NCBI GenBank assembly: GCA_951406725.2
Contig: OX597814.1
Coordinates: 130,138,001-130,202,000, forward strand
DNA from: Octopus vulgaris
Lineage: Eukaryota
Direction of reading: 5' to 3'
DNA length: 64,000 nucleotides
The position numbers and the translations under genes were made by a program. Under the pieces are notes generated by a model. It ran no database searches, had not been told where the DNA came from, and saw nothing but the letters and a program-made list of their open reading frames with translations. This document shows positions 39,045 through 53,949 of the stretch, piece after piece (within the stretch, counting starts at the first letter, position 1; the number at the start of each line of letters is the position of its first letter).

Positions 39045-39285
39045 GAGCCAGGCTGTGTTGTAGGGAAGGATCGGAAGTGAGGGAGTAGGCATGTCCTTTC
39101 GGAAGTGGGGCCTGTGGGTCCCACCGGAAGTGCCGCGGTGGACATGCGGCAGCAGTGAAGCACGAGGGCGGACGTGTGAGACTGTGCAGCGACGGATAGC
39201 GCACGTGGACGTGGGGTGAACCTTGGAGATCGAGACAGCACGTGGGTGTTGAAAGTGACTCTTTTTGCGAACCGACAGGTAAGAC
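39045..39285 (+). promoter_or_regulatory. GC/CpG-rich promoter or first-exon-like patch
   Basis: Three ETS-type CGGAAGTG motifs (39072, 39100, 39125), two CACGTG E-boxes, and a donor-like CAG|GTAAGA at 39279; sharply more GC-rich than its flanks. Confidence 0.45.
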
Positions 39286-41279
39286 TACCGTAATTCTCTC
39301 TTCGCTTCCGTCTTTTTCTTTCTTTACATCACAATAACATTGCTGTCATTTAGGATTAAATTGATTAGGATATAATTTCCGATGTTCTAGGAAAAAATAT
39401 TTGGTATTCAAAAATATTAGGTATATAAAAAGAACTATATTGTACTCACGAAATGCTAGAGAAATTAAAAGCCAGTGTTACGGGATAAATTCCCTAGGTC
39501 ATAATTTGAGTATCTAGTAATCTCCCTTTTTTTATATAGGGTGTTTAAAAAGTGTCTCTGCAGTAAGTATTTTATAGCAAAATAAATATTTATAAGATGG
39601 TATAAGACTACGAAAGAATATATTAGACTTTATAAGACTTAAAAAAACTTTATAAGAGGCGTTGAAAGTGTCGTCCTTCCTTTTCAATACATAAATTGAC
39701 TCTTCATGGCTCGGTGTTGTCACTTGTGCTGGCAGATCACACTGTTCAAGATCTTCGCTACAAATGAATTGTACAAAGTTATGTTGCATATAGTCCAAGT
39801 AAAATCTAGGTATGAACTAGGCATGAATTGTTTTACTCTGGTTGTATCTGATTAAATATGTATTCTGCTATGCTGTCCTGATGATTATACTGAAGTTTCT
39901 AGGAATGTAATGATGAGTAGGCACAGAATATTATAGCTAAGAGACTAACTCGGTGAATATAGTACTGCAGCCTCTTGCGGAGTACTTTTCCAGTCCACAT
40001 CATCTTCTGAGAAGCACTGTTTCAGAGTTCCACGGTATGTAGCACCGGCGTATCGAGCAACTGTTTTTAAGTCTTGCAATGAAGTTAAAATATGAATATT
40101 GAGCAGGAGTTATCTGAGGTTTAAACAGGGTGTTAAAAGTTTCATTTGTAACACATATCATCGAAATAATGTAAATGTATTATTCTCTATGACACGGATT
40201 GTTAATGTTTTAAATTTTCAAATGTATTAAAGCATTATGAAATTAACAGTCAGATTCGCAGACCATCACGAAGACTACAGAGCTCAAGAAAATTGTTGAA
40301 TTAGATGAGTACAAGCTTGAAGGACGTGTCTCTGCACAAGTCATGCTCACTATAGTAGTAGGACTTGCCCGAAGACACTCGAGAACAATAGTGTGGTCTG
40401 CTTCAGAAACTCTGCCTTCCCAGATAATTTATCAAATATTGTGCCCGGGACTGTCACTGAGTGCGAAGTTGAGCGACAGTTTAAAAGTAGAATGATGAGT
40501 CCTGTCACCTGTGAGCGTTTTTTTTTTTTAAGGAAAGAGTAAGGTAGTAAGGCAATATAAACTCTAATGAAAATCCGCAGGTAGGGATCCTAAGTGGGAT
40601 ATGTATAGTTAAACTAACCAAAATCTGGCATCAGATGCGGTCACGGTAATACTGCGAACGTATTGACTTATCGTACTTTCGTGACATATCTATAAACGGA
40701 GAAGTAGTAAGGGTAGTTGGAGCCAATATTTGCATGTGGAAACAGCTCGGGCACAGCAAAGGAGGTTACGTCACTCTTGCTGCAATACCGTCGACAAACG
40801 ATGTCAAAGGTCCACCAAAACTTTAAATAATTTAGAAATAAGAAAATTTAAATGTGAAAAAAAATGAAAGAATATGTTTTTCCTAGCATCTATGGTATTT
40901 GAAACTGTACTAGCTTTTCGAAGTGTTATGACGATAACGACAGCATTTCAAACAAATTTATACGGTGTGTGTATATATATATATCATATATATGCTCACA
41001 CGCAACACATACATATATATATACACATACATGTTTTTATAGCATATTTTGAAGCATTGTCAATAGCTTTCACCATGAATCATATTCGTCTGTGGAATTC
41101 TTCCGGGCATTAAACTCTGATTAATGAGATATGAAGTGGCCCGAGTTAAAGTACGTAACGAATTTACTCTACTTATCGATTTTTTTCAATTTACCTGTAC
41201 AGTTACGTAGTAAGTGGAAACACTTGCAAACAGTCTCTCACTAACACTCCCTCTCTCTCACTCTATATCTGCCTGTCTG

Positions 41280-41358
<79 letters not shown>

Positions 41359-41359
41359 G

Positions 41360-41391
<32 letters not shown>

Positions 41392-41414
41392 ATATCCATC
41401 TGTCCACCTATCTG

Positions 41415-41531
<117 letters not shown>

Positions 41532-41539
41532 TTCTCTGC

Positions 41540-41605
<66 letters not shown>

Positions 41606-42086
41606 CTATAGGTATGTGTGTATATATATGTATACACACACATACATATATCTATATGTGTGTGTGTGTGTGTGTATATCTTCACATTACTCATACACCA
41701 CCACACATATACATTGGCATCCATATATATGTGTGTGTACTGATGTCTGTGTTTATGAATAATTATAAAAACATACATTAAACTGAGGGATCAATGAATG
41801 GCTTTCATTTTTCCAATAGAATATCCTGTTGACTATATCAATTTTCCAAATTTAATTGCAGCTTAGTAAGCTTCATCATACTATCATACACAAACACACA
41901 CTCATACAATATCATATATATATATATATATATATATACATACATATATATATATACATATATATGTATATATATACATGCATATATATGCATTTATATA
42001 TGTATATTTATATATATATATATGTATATATGCATACATATATATGTATATATGTATATATATACATACATACATAATAATACATA

Positions 42087-42162
<76 letters not shown>

Positions 42163-42918
42163 TTATTATATATTAATATCCCGTACAAGTCGTTGTTATG
42201 AAATTAGAAGAATATAAAAATACACTGTACCTTATACATCGCAGTTAATTAATCCCAAAGTGCATTATTACAATCAATTTCAAACTACATTATAACATAT
42301 TCCATAATATATGATATCATATAATCTTGTCGTCTCTCTCTCTTTCTCCCTCTTGGTCTTACAGACTCGCACACACGCATACTCACAAATACACACGCAC
42401 GCATACATATACACGTATAAGTGGTATGGATATGATTATAAATGCTTTGGAGAAATTATAAAAGATCACTTCAATATAAATGACATAAAACTAATTACAG
42501 CCACAGTACTCAGGTAGATTATCTACAAAAATTTATTCATGAATTCAGGCAATATATAACAGTGAGCATTGAGTGAATTAAATGTGCGAAAGTCGCTCCG
42601 AGGGAAGCAAATTAACGAAGATTGAGAAGATTAAATCTAGTCTTCGACATCGGAGAATTAGACTCAAACAGTCCTGAGAAATTATTTCGGGATGGTTGGA
42701 GCGGATAAAGTACATTGCACGGAAACAAATATCATAAGCAAATTGTAGGACAGAGGAGCTTGAGAAATATTAAAAGCTGAACTCTGTTATAGAAGAAATA
42801 TAATACAATACTATACAATATAATAAAATCTAATATACATACATATACATATACATATATATATATATTTGATTACACCTGCGTTAACTCCATTTTTTAT
42901 TTATATATATATATATTT

Positions 42919-43865
42919 GAAAAAATTACTAACAAAGGCAAAATTTTACCTTAGCAACAAAGACCAAACATTCACTGTATCTATATGCAATGATAGCCGA
43001 TGTGGTACATACCAATTCATACATACCGGCCAATATATAAACACAAAAACCGGGAAAATATTCACAAACGCGAATATGAACTGCAAAAGCAGAAATTTAA
43101 TTTACTACATCAAATGCCCAAATTGTGAAGAAATATATGTAGGTCAGACGGGAAATGCACTATCAGAACGCTCACGTGTACACCGACAACAGATTAGAGA
43201 CCCAGAGGTCCGTCAGATACCTTTGAGTAACCACCTAGCAACATGTGGTCGGAAAATATATATGATATTTCCATTCTACAAATTACACAGCCCAAGTGAA
43301 ATCGAGAGGAAAATCAGAGAAAAGAATTTTATTGATAAATAAAAACCCAAGCAAAATAAGCAATAATAATAATACTTAGATTGCAGGAAAATTATCTTAT
43401 TTAGGGTTAAAAGTTCTATTGCCCCCACCATCGCCACTAGCAACAATAATTAAGGTGCTGACAATGATGATGATGACAATTGAAATATAAAAATATAAAA
43501 ATCTCTGACAAAGGCTATTTACAACATTTCTAAAAATAGCCCAACAATTGCTGCCTCGGCCAGGGTTAAGATACAGGACTCTTGACATGTCCAAGCAAGC
43601 GTGACGCCTAAACCAATCAGCTCAACCAACCAATCAGCTTAAGTAATTGAGTGATACTACACACTGATTAGTCAGAATACAGTTTGCAAAACCTAGCAAT
43701 CTGGAGCCCAGACAGCTGTATTTAAGGCACAGATTCAATCATCTCGCTACAGTAAAAAATTGTGAAGCATGACTGTCACCACTACTTCACGAACCTGAAG
43801 ATTGCAGAATTTAATGCATGAAAGTACTAGTTCAATCAGAATGAACATTTAACATTCTATTATTT
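42919..43865 (+). mobile_element. Penelope-like (Neptune-like) 3' fragment: GIY-YIG remnant and 3' region
   Basis: LKKLLTKAK...NCKSRNLIYYIKCPNCEEIYVGQTG...HRQQI...IFPFYK, homologous to 12481-13275; hammerhead downstream. Confidence 0.85.
43791..43833 (+). ncRNA. minimal type I hammerhead ribozyme, canonical core
   Basis: Stem I GAAC/GTTC; CTGAAGA; stem II TGCA/TGCA; GAAA; palindromic AGTACT; CUA cleavage triplet. Confidence 0.78.
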
Positions 43866-43965
43866 TATTTTATTTTATTATATTATATTATCTTATATCA
43901 TTATATTATCTTATATCATTATATTATCATTATATCATTATCAGACAAGGTTGGAATTCCTTTTA

Positions 43966-44030
<65 letters not shown>

Positions 44031-44063
44031 CATCAAAATAAGCAACAGGATATCAAGAAGTGA

Positions 44064-44150
44064 TGGAGTACGACCGTTTCAAGCAACTCCATTTAATTGA
44101 ACAATGCAATCGTTATATCAATTAAAATGCAGGGCTATCATCAGCTGCAC
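44064..44150 (-). ncRNA. hammerhead-like motif with extended stem II
   Basis: Minus strand: CTGATGA-TAGC...TTTAATTGA..TCAATTAAA...GCTT-GAAA-CGGTCG-TA; stem I is weak. Confidence 0.55.
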
Positions 44151-44994
44151 AAATAAATATTATTTTAATCAGTCGGACACATTAATACAATTTTACTCAA
44201 ATACTTTAACAGAGCAGGAAGATGGAAGAAATCCATGCTGTCGCTATTGTAGCTAAGAATATATTATACTCCCAAGAAATGCATGAAGCTTACTGGGGAC
44301 ACAGCTTTCAAAGGATTGTCGTTCATTTCTAATATGTTTGTATTTTTATGAACTACTAAACCTAAGACTAGAGGACTGTGTCTGTTTGGAACGAAGGGCA
44401 AGAGTGAATTGACAGCTCATGGCTAGGTATAGTCATAAATATTGTCAAGATATTAGGAGTAGTAAATTGGATATAAAGTAACTGTTTATAAAGGAGGCTG
44501 GCTAGGGGAAGACCCCATATCATGATGTTAATTACCAGTTATAGGGGCAAGACGCTGATAATACCTATGATATTAATTCGGGAGAAATTTTATCATAGGA
44601 TACTATGGGGGATTGTTTACAAACAATATTGTTATGTTGTATAAAGATAAAATTTAAGATTAACAAAAATGACATCATAACCAAAATAAGTAAAATGTAT
44701 ATATATACCCTACTAGGAATGACCAAGTTTTTATAAATCTGTTGGATCTCACTCATAAGGGAATCTTACATTGCTTATGAACTCTATATTTGGAAGGACT
44801 CATATTAAACTCTCTTGGACTTTGGGATTTTACTCAAAGGATATTGGAATATTGCATATATACAATTATGCCTATAAAACGGATTTACAAATTCAATACC
44901 CATACATATCTTGCATTTATTTTCTTTCCTCCACCTCACTCTCTATTTTGTATCACATCGAAACTAACTATGACTTAATTTCTTCTCTCACACC

Positions 44995-45046
44995 GTCTCC
45001 GATGAAGGGATATTATTAATTAATATCCTAGAAACAGCTGTAAGAC
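44995..45046 (+). ncRNA. hammerhead ribozyme (U4C core variant)
   Basis: Stem I GTCT/AGAC; CCGATGA; stem II GGATATTA/TAATATCC; GAAA; palindromic ACAGCTGT; GUA. Confidence 0.68.
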
Positions 45047-45464
45047 CTTCTATCTATAAATGCTCTAATATCTATACAGCCTTTGTTTTTTTTTATCTTA
45101 TTACGCAAAAAATTCTTATATATATATATCAATTTTCAACACTAAAAAGAAAAGATTACTAAGAATCAGTTTAATATTTATTCATGTACTCAATTATTTA
45201 CTTCTTAGGTGGTTTCTATAAAGACTGCTCTGAGCATTTACTTATGGAATACTAGAAAGATAAACATGTTATCTATATATTAATTATAAGTCAAGAATCA
45301 GAAAAAAAATAGAGACGCACACATACTTATCTATGTGCACACGTGCACACATATATTTATACGTTTATATGGATATAGTATGACCATCTCGCATAGACTT
45401 AAGTAACTATAAAGTATCTATTTACGAACAAGAAAGATTTAAAAGGGATAAGAGGTTAATAGGT

Positions 45465-45564
<100 letters not shown>

Positions 45565-46766
45565 AATATTCATATGTTTGTATGGATATTGTATAACCAT
45601 CTCGCATAGAAGTAGTAACTGAAAAATCTCTATTTAAGAACAGGAACAACTTTTAGGGAAAAGAGGTTAATAGGTAAGGATATCAAAGTAAGAAAACAAA
45701 ATTAAAAGGAATTTATAGAAAATGATAAGAAATATATATAACTTACATTTAAAGAGACAGGGTATTAAAATTTGAGGTAGGGAAGACATTAAGGTAACCC
45801 TAAAAGAGGGGGTAGTAGGTTTAGGAGTAGTGAGGGCAGTCGGAGGTATTCCGAACGAAGAGATTTTATAAGTTGCAATGTTACAGGTACTATTCCATAT
45901 ATGATTTTATAGTTTATAGGGTGTATATAATTATGAGACTTACATAAAATCCATTACAAATATACATAATATGATCAATAGAGTAGAACATCATAGAAAG
46001 AAACAAATAGCTTAATCACGAAAACATGGTGAAGTCAGACTAACTAGGCAGGGGCTTTCATGGGATAATATTTACATATAGTACACCACATACCATTATA
46101 TATAGCTTATAACATATGCAATGCAATTTAATTCACCATATAGCTCAATATCCCATGATTTTATTATATATATAATACTATAGGGTAAGTTTACAACAGA
46201 TACGACACCAAAATTAATTTCCATCATCAAAGATCGAGCATGGCACCTAAAATCGCTAATTTCGAAAATAACTAAATGTACGGGTGACGTTATGTGCGCA
46301 TGATACCCTTTGGTCCAATCTATTATTAATCAGGTTCTTCTTGTCCCTATAATATATATAATAATTAATTGTGACATATGAGGATATTTGTATCTCTGTC
46401 TCTGTCTCTCTGATTCTCAGGATAAATATATATATATATATATATACTTATTTGTCACATTTATAAATCATAGTATTAACATCATAAATTGCAAGTTTTA
46501 GTATGTAGCAACGAGGATACTAGTAACAACGTTCGGAAGCAATTATCCTAATGCTGATTGAGCAACGACATTCTCACGTAGCATAAGGAAGCTCGGAACT
46601 TGAAACAAATCGAGAACTACTTCAAAGTGACAATAGGGGAACAAGATAAATACTAAACACAAGCAAGCAAAACGATGTAATAAGGTGAATATGAATAAAT
46701 TATTGTATACATACAGATATGTGTGTATGTGCGTGCGTGTGTATGTATTTATATTTATGTATGTCA

Positions 46767-46832
<66 letters not shown>

Positions 46833-46879
46833 GTATATATATATATATATATATATATACAATACATTGATTGATAAAA

Positions 46880-47083
46880 TCGGTGAGCTGGCAGAAACGT
46901 TAGCACACCGGGCGAAATGCATAGCGGTATTTCGTGTCTTTACGTTCTGAGTTCAAATTCCGCTGAGGTCGATTTTGTCTTTCGAGGCCGACAAATTAAG
47001 TATCAGTTGCGTACTGGGGTCGATCTAATTGACTGGCCACCTCCCACCAAATTTCGGGCCTTGTGCCTAGAGTAGAAAAGAAT
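46880..47083 (+). mobile_element. SINE family B copy with the alternative tail
   Basis: Family B head and body ending in AAATTTCGGGCCTTGTGCCTAGAGTAGAAAAGAATA. Confidence 0.85.
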
Positions 47084-47171
47084 ACATCGATTGGTAAATA
47101 CATATATACACCATATATGTATATGTCAATATATATATATATATAGTTAAAGTTGTATATATATATATATA

Positions 47172-47640
47172 TAGTTAAAGTTGTAGAAAAGACAGGTAGG
47201 ACTATCAAATCGGCATTATGCAGATCATATCCATTTGATAGAATCACCTGTCAGAGTAATTGTGCAGTGTGTTCGACAAATCCACACGTAAATTGTAAAA
47301 CCAAGGGCACTGTATACCAGATTAAGTGCCAGGAGGGAGCTTGCGCGGCTAACCCGGAGTCATACATAGGTGAGACCTCTAGATCATCAATGATAGGTTC
47401 AAAGAACACCTGGACAACTACATTGAAAGGAAGCCAAACTCCATCTTCTACCAACATGCTGTAGACTGCCACAAGGGATCCTTAGGGGAGCTTAAGTTGA
47501 ACATCCTATCTACACATCCCACCGATGCAATGTTGAGACAGGTCACAGAAGCCGTTTGTATACAAGAATACAAACCTACTCTCAACCGAAAGTCCGAATG
47601 GAATAACATCCAGATCCCATTCAGAAGGACTATTCTATAA
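47172..47640 (+). pseudogene. Penelope-like (Nematis-type) GIY-YIG remnant
   Basis: VKVVEKTG...GTVYQIKC...YIGETSRS...RFKEH...RQVTEAV...LNRKSEWN, with a frameshift; clade assignment tentative. Confidence 0.8.
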
Positions 47641-48753
47641 CCACCCTCTCTCTCTCTCCCTTTCACCTGTAGTCCTTACATACAGGTTGCAATGCGTATG
47701 TGCAGTTATATACAACGGTATGAGCAGACGTTGTTTGATACGAACAGTTGCACCTAGGCGTTGTATCCATTCACGGTTAGACGATGATGAGAGGAACAAA
47801 CACACACCCACACACATATATATATATGTGTGTGCGTCTATACAAACATATATGTAAATATGTATACAACCTTCAGCAAAGTAACAGTCATGTACACAAC
47901 TTGGACGGACACATGACAGTACACGGACATACGTTCACATACACATACACATGTACACACTCTCACGGACACATCTGCCCATTCTCCTAGACACTCACAT
48001 ACATACGTAGCACATGAATACAAACATACATACATACCTACGTATGGGCATACACACGTACATACGCACGTACATGTACACACACACATACATGGGCACA
48101 TGCATACGAGCGCGTATACATACATACGCACATGCGTACGTATGTACATACATACATACATACATACATACATACATACATACATAAATACATACACACA
48201 TACATACATACATACATACGAACAATAGTAAAACATTAGTTCTGTGATATAGAGATAAAAATCTGATAATAGATTTTAGGGTATAGTTCTTGTGAGCAAG
48301 CGTCATAAATTCACTTTCCAGCCTCGGCCGTAGGGAGTTGAAATTTGATAGCGTTGTGATGAGTGGTCACTCTACATCCATCCATCGCTACAGGTTTATA
48401 ACTTTATGTTTTATAGAGTGTATGTGCGTGCTTATACACACACATACATACATACATACATACATACATACATACATACATACATACATACATACATACA
48501 TTCATACACAGGCGTATGTGCGTACATGCATACGTACATACATACACACATGTATACATACATACACACATACATACGTACATATATATGACGAACTAAC
48601 TGTTACCTTCTTAGATGCAGCACGGACTTTGTCAGTGAACAGGTCGCGGATTTTAGCGACGAAAATATTTTGACAAATTAAACTTAAATGTTGGAGTGAA
48701 TCGAACGGCTTTTGTGTGTTTCTTAAATGGCTTATAAACACCTTCCACGCTGC

Positions 48754-48812
<59 letters not shown>

Positions 48813-48837
48813 TATAATCCAAATACACACACACACA

Positions 48838-49135
48838 CTGGCTCTCCGTCGGTTACGACGACGAAGCTTCCAGATGATCCAATCAAAGGACCATCCTCCT
48901 CATGAAATTAACGTCCACTGAGCACTCCACAGACACGCGTACCCTTAATGTAGTTCTGGGGTAAATTCGGCGTGACAAAGAATGTGACAAGGCTGGTTTT
49001 TTGAAATACAGGTACAACTCATTTTTGCCAGCTGAGTGCAATGGAGCAACGTGAAAGAAAGTGTCTTGTTCAAGGACACGACGTGTCATCGGGAATTGAA
49101 CTCATGACCTTATACCGTAAACCGTATACCTTAAA
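48838..49135 (-). mobile_element. degenerate tRNA-derived SINE (distinct family)
   Basis: Minus-strand B-box-like GAGTTCAATTCCC followed by GTGTCCTTGAACAAGACAC; central segment resembles 25060-25140. Confidence 0.6.
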
Positions 49136-51554
49136 CAACATGAAATACGAAAACAACTTAGTTGAATACGCAAATAACGAGAGAAATAAATGGAAAACAG
49201 GGCAAGTAACATAAAGGATGACCCTTCATCACTTGTCAGCTGTCCATCTACTCCTCATTTCTAACATGCATTGAACGACAATATGAGTCTTCGAAGATAG
49301 TTGCTCCCACAAAAGCCAAAATAAAATTTGGGATTTATGGAGGGTCAAAGTTGGTAACAAAAACAGGACAGTGGAGACATAGAAGGAAACCGAATGAAAA
49401 CAAACATGGGGGCCGTTAGAACAAACGAAGTTAAAATAGCAAACGCTGGAGAAATATTTTCTTTGACAAGAGGAGATTGAAGAGAGAGAGAGAGAGATAG
49501 GATACGTGCAATCTTTGCGACAGCCCTGAAGGAAAAGAAAGATAATCACGCGAGGAAAAGAAAGATGGACGATTGTCACGTGCGAGCAACGAGAGAGAGA
49601 GAGAGAGAGTAAAGGGGAAAGATGGAGAGAGAAAGAGAGTAAAGGAGAAAGATGGAGAGAGAAAGAGAGGCACACAGATAGAAAACGGTGAAGAGGAGAA
49701 AAAATAATTTAAGAGAAAAGATGAGACAGAGAACGATAGAGGAAGAGAATAGTATAGATAGGGTCGCATCAAAAATATTAAGATAAACTTACTTGGAAGT
49801 GGATATGTATATGGCAATAATAAAACACGCATTAGAAACTAACTACACTGAAGAAAAATTTTTAGATAAGTACAAAACCACAATATTCGTTCTAAAATTT
49901 ACGGAAAAGCAAAATTCACAGAGGAATTCAAAAATATGCTAACACACGAACAAAAATTTCGAAAGAAAAATCAAATAGAAAAATAAAAGCCTTATAGTCA
50001 GTAGTTTCGACTACAAAGAAGAAAATACAGAATGAGGGCCAAGACTGGCTCAAATGCTCTCTGCTAAAATCAAAATTAACTATGAGAATGGAATAATCCT
50101 TTCTAGTAAAAGCACAAGACCTGGGAGTTTTGGGGGTGTAGGGAACTAGTCGATTACATCGACCCCAGTGTTTCACTGGTACTTAATTTGAACCCAGAAT
50201 GTAAAGACGACAAAATACCCCTAAATATTTTGCCCGGCGTGCTAATAAGAATAGAATAATGAAAAAACAAAATGGCTATTATCAAAAGTAGACAGGGGAA
50301 TCTCAACCGTGTTTCGCGGCCTGCTACCACAACAGCTCCTTTATAGGATCCAGTTAGCTCAAGATATCATCAGGAGGAACCACGTTCGGTTTCGGCCCCT
50401 ACTCCTCTACTGTTTTGACGTGGACCCCCCCCCCCTGTCGGAGGTGTCTTCAGCTCTGGTGTTGGGTGCATGTCTTCTTTCTTCTTCTTTCTCCTGTTCC
50501 CTGGCCTCTTCGATGTAGCGTCAACGAATGTCAGCGGGCGACAGACTGTCTTGTAAAATTTTTTCCTTCAAATTCCTGCTGCTAGGCTCCAACAGGCAGC
50601 GCCAGCAAGTTGTCACGTGACACTGTCTCAACTTTAACTGACCAATAACGTCGCGTAGTCTCAGCCCACACATTCTTTAAACGATACCGTCATCTGTCAA
50701 TCAGCGAAACTAATTCAGTGTCAGCTTGTCTCACCTAGTGATGTTATTTTCCGCCGGCATGTTATGACTTTCAAGCCATTTTTAGTCTTCCGCTTCAGCC
50801 ATATATAGAAGCTGGCTTTTTCGACCGCCTCATAATCAGTATATTTACAGACGCAAATGTGTGGGCTTCTACATCCATTGGCCAACATGTCAAAACCTTA
50901 AAATAAGATGGAATAGGAAGTGATATAAATATGTATCAAACAGTGCTTGACACCAGCTTGGCTACACAGATCTAGGACATGTCAGTTCTGATAGACAAGA
51001 GGATAAGGAAAAATCAGTCAGATATGTTACTTAAGACGGTAATGAAAATTCCTGATTCCTGACAGATTAACACGCCTTTCTGAACAAAACAACATCCGGT
51101 ACGGAATCGAAGGATCCTGGTACAGAAATAAGCACGTTATAGGGCAGTACAATTAATAACTGATACAGTATGAATATTAATTGATAAAGAAGAATATGAA
51201 TAAAATGATAAAAATGTGCCAGGGTCCACGATTCAAAACATAATTAACAACGGTTTTGCAAGACGCAGCCCACATCCTACCCAAGACACTTTTAACCCGC
51301 GCGCGAACACACACACACACGCCACACATATTACATTCTTTGCACAGTAAACAACGATGTAGAATACAACTGTATATTGTCTAAATAATGTCCACCCAAT
51401 AATATAACATAATTCCTTTAACACATTCTCTATTGAATCACTACACAATTCTGTAAAGCAATGCATATAGCTCCCAATCTTACCTTATCGACTGCTTATA
51501 CCATAACACATAATGACAACCAATTGAAGGAGCCTTCAAATAACGCCCGGTTCT

Positions 51555-51849
51555 ACTTTGTTTTGTTTATTCCTTCTCTTGCCATGCCTGGCTCATAAGG
51601 GCCGGTTTCCCGGTTTCCTTGGCGTATAGGTTTCCCACCTGGACGGGACGCGGGTCCGTCGCAAGTGAGCTGTACGATGCAGGAGGAAAGAATGAACGAA
51701 AGTTGTGGCGAAAAAGTCAGCAGAAGTTCGCAATTACCTCCTGTCGGAGCCGCGTGGGGCTTAGGTGTTTCGCTTATAAACACACACATGAACCCGCGAT
51801 CCCTCGACTGCGAGTTCGCTGCTCTAACCACTAGGCCATGTACCTCCAC
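51555..51849 (-). mobile_element. tRNA(Arg)-like-headed SINE (family C; OR-type candidate)
   Basis: Head TGGCCTAGTGGTTAGAGCAGCGAACTCGCAGTCGAGG...GGGTTC; its 3' part matches 33090-33160 and 24730-24770. Confidence 0.7.
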
Positions 51850-53424
51850 CCAGTTCTAATTTACTTTTCATCCATTCGAGTATCGGTCGAGAAAGTATCA
51901 ACATTGTATCCTAGTCGATGCTTCTCTTTCTTGCATCCAGCATTTCTCCCTGCCAGTCCATCTTTCTGGTTGTCTGTGATTGTCTATCTGCATGTCTGTC
52001 TCCGTCACTATCTCCCTTTATGGAGGAATTTGGCTGTGGTCGGACATAGAAAGAGCTAGGATCTACTTCACATATGCCATATGTGAGGGATCCGCCTCAT
52101 GCATGCCTCAGATATGTCACACGTCACGAGGTTGTCTCTTTTGCTCGATCAAGAAGAAAATACCCAGACAACTCTTTAACACACTTCACCACATAACCAA
52201 CAACTCACAGATGCAGCCTAATAAACTAACATAACAAACACGGATAACAAGTATCTGATGATATAACGCAATTCCTACTGCGCATATTTTACACAAAGAA
52301 CAGGCGAAACACTGATGTCACGCCAGAAACATCAAAAAGAAGAAAAGCCACACAACAAATATATACCATGCAAATACATCTCTATTGCACCTTCCCCAAT
52401 ACCCCTAGAATAATCGACAATGTTGCACAAACCTCCGGAACTCAGAGACGTACCTGGTGGGGTAGTAGAATCTCACGGAAACAACAGAAACACAACAATA
52501 TATTGAATGATAAGTATGATATTTTATTAATACAGCTACTATGACTGCAAATATTATTGTTAAATATGCCTTGTGGCAAATGCATAATGGAGAAGTCCAT
52601 AAGATATGAAAGAAAAAAAAAATCAAAGACAACTGAATGATTGTGTGTATGCGCATGAGTGCCTGTACATCAAACACTGTGTGTAACGAAAGTAACTCGA
52701 GGCAAATTTTGCAGACAAACTTCCCCAAGCTCTGTTAAATGTTAAATCAAGACGGAGTAGGTCTTCGATTAAGAAAGAATATAAAAGAGACAAGTCATAT
52801 TTCTCACCTTAGTTGAAAATATCAGATCAAGAATTTTAATTATATACACTTCTTGAAAGAGGGGGAATAAAGATCCGACCTCTCCTCTCTCTCTCCCTCC
52901 CTCCCCCTCTCTCTTTGTATATAATATGAAATTTTTAAATCGATTTAAAGATTAATCTTATTCTCATTTATATATATATAAATATATACTGTACACACTT
53001 TTAATAATTCTCCACTTTCGCAAGGGCCTAAAATAACATAAAACAGCCACGTTTAAAAAAAAATGGCAAAAATATTTATAAACACATAGCCCATAGTCTC
53101 TGCCACCATACAAAAAAGACAAAAGAATTTCTACATAATTAATCAAATTGATTATTGAACAATGAACCCCTAGAAACCTACAGACCAACATCTTTTACAC
53201 CTACTCATATCCTCTTGTGAACATCACAGCACAAATTAGACATATTTCTATACTAACAACGCCATAACATGCTAAACTAATAACTCGCCTTCCCGATACA
53301 AAAGGAAATACCCTAAATAACGACATACGACAAGTAAAGAATCCAACCAGTCAAAACATACAAGCTACTCGCATTCTTTTGTGAACCCTTCCAAGATTCC
53401 ATTACAAATGTTGACAGCTAGTCA

Positions 53425-53881
53425 CTCTCTCTTTTACTCTTTTACTTGTTTCAGTCATTTGACTGTGGCCAAGCTGGAGCACCGCCTTTAGTCGAGCAAA
53501 TCGACCCCAGGACTTATTCTTTGTAAGCCCAGTACTTATTCTATCGGTCGTTTTTGCCGAACCGCTAAGTTACGGGGACGTAAACACACCAGCATCGGTT
53601 GTCAAGCGATGTTAGGGCGACAAACACACAACCATATACACACACATAGATAAACATATATACATATGCATACATATATATACACATATATTTATATACA
53701 CATACATACATATATATACATATATGCGACAGGCTTCTTTCAGTTTCCATCTACCAAATCCACTCAAGTCTTTGGTCGGCCCGTGGCTATAGTAGAAGAC
53801 ACTTGCCCAAGATGCCACGTAGTGGGACTGAACCCAGAACCATGTGGTCTGTAAGCAAGCTACTTACCACACAGCCACTCC
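53425..53881 (-). mobile_element. SINE family A copy
   Basis: Full-length reverse complement of family A. Confidence 0.9.
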
Positions 53882-53949
53882 ACTAAGTTTTTAAATACTG
53901 GACTAAACTTCGAACCTCTGACCTTTACATTATCAAAGCAAAGGATTAA

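Noticed and set aside
40250-40545. Stop-free stretch downstream of the 39.1-kb promoter-like patch as a possible exon
   Set aside because: Weak acceptor, no recognisable protein similarity, and a length compatible with chance.
50560-50900. GTCACGTGAC palindrome, CCAAT and YY1-like motifs as a promoter
   Set aside because: Short motifs with no downstream exon or element boundary to anchor them.
51790-51849. tRNA-Arg-like sequence as a real tRNA gene
   Set aside because: It has no complete acceptor or T stem and continues into a SINE body.
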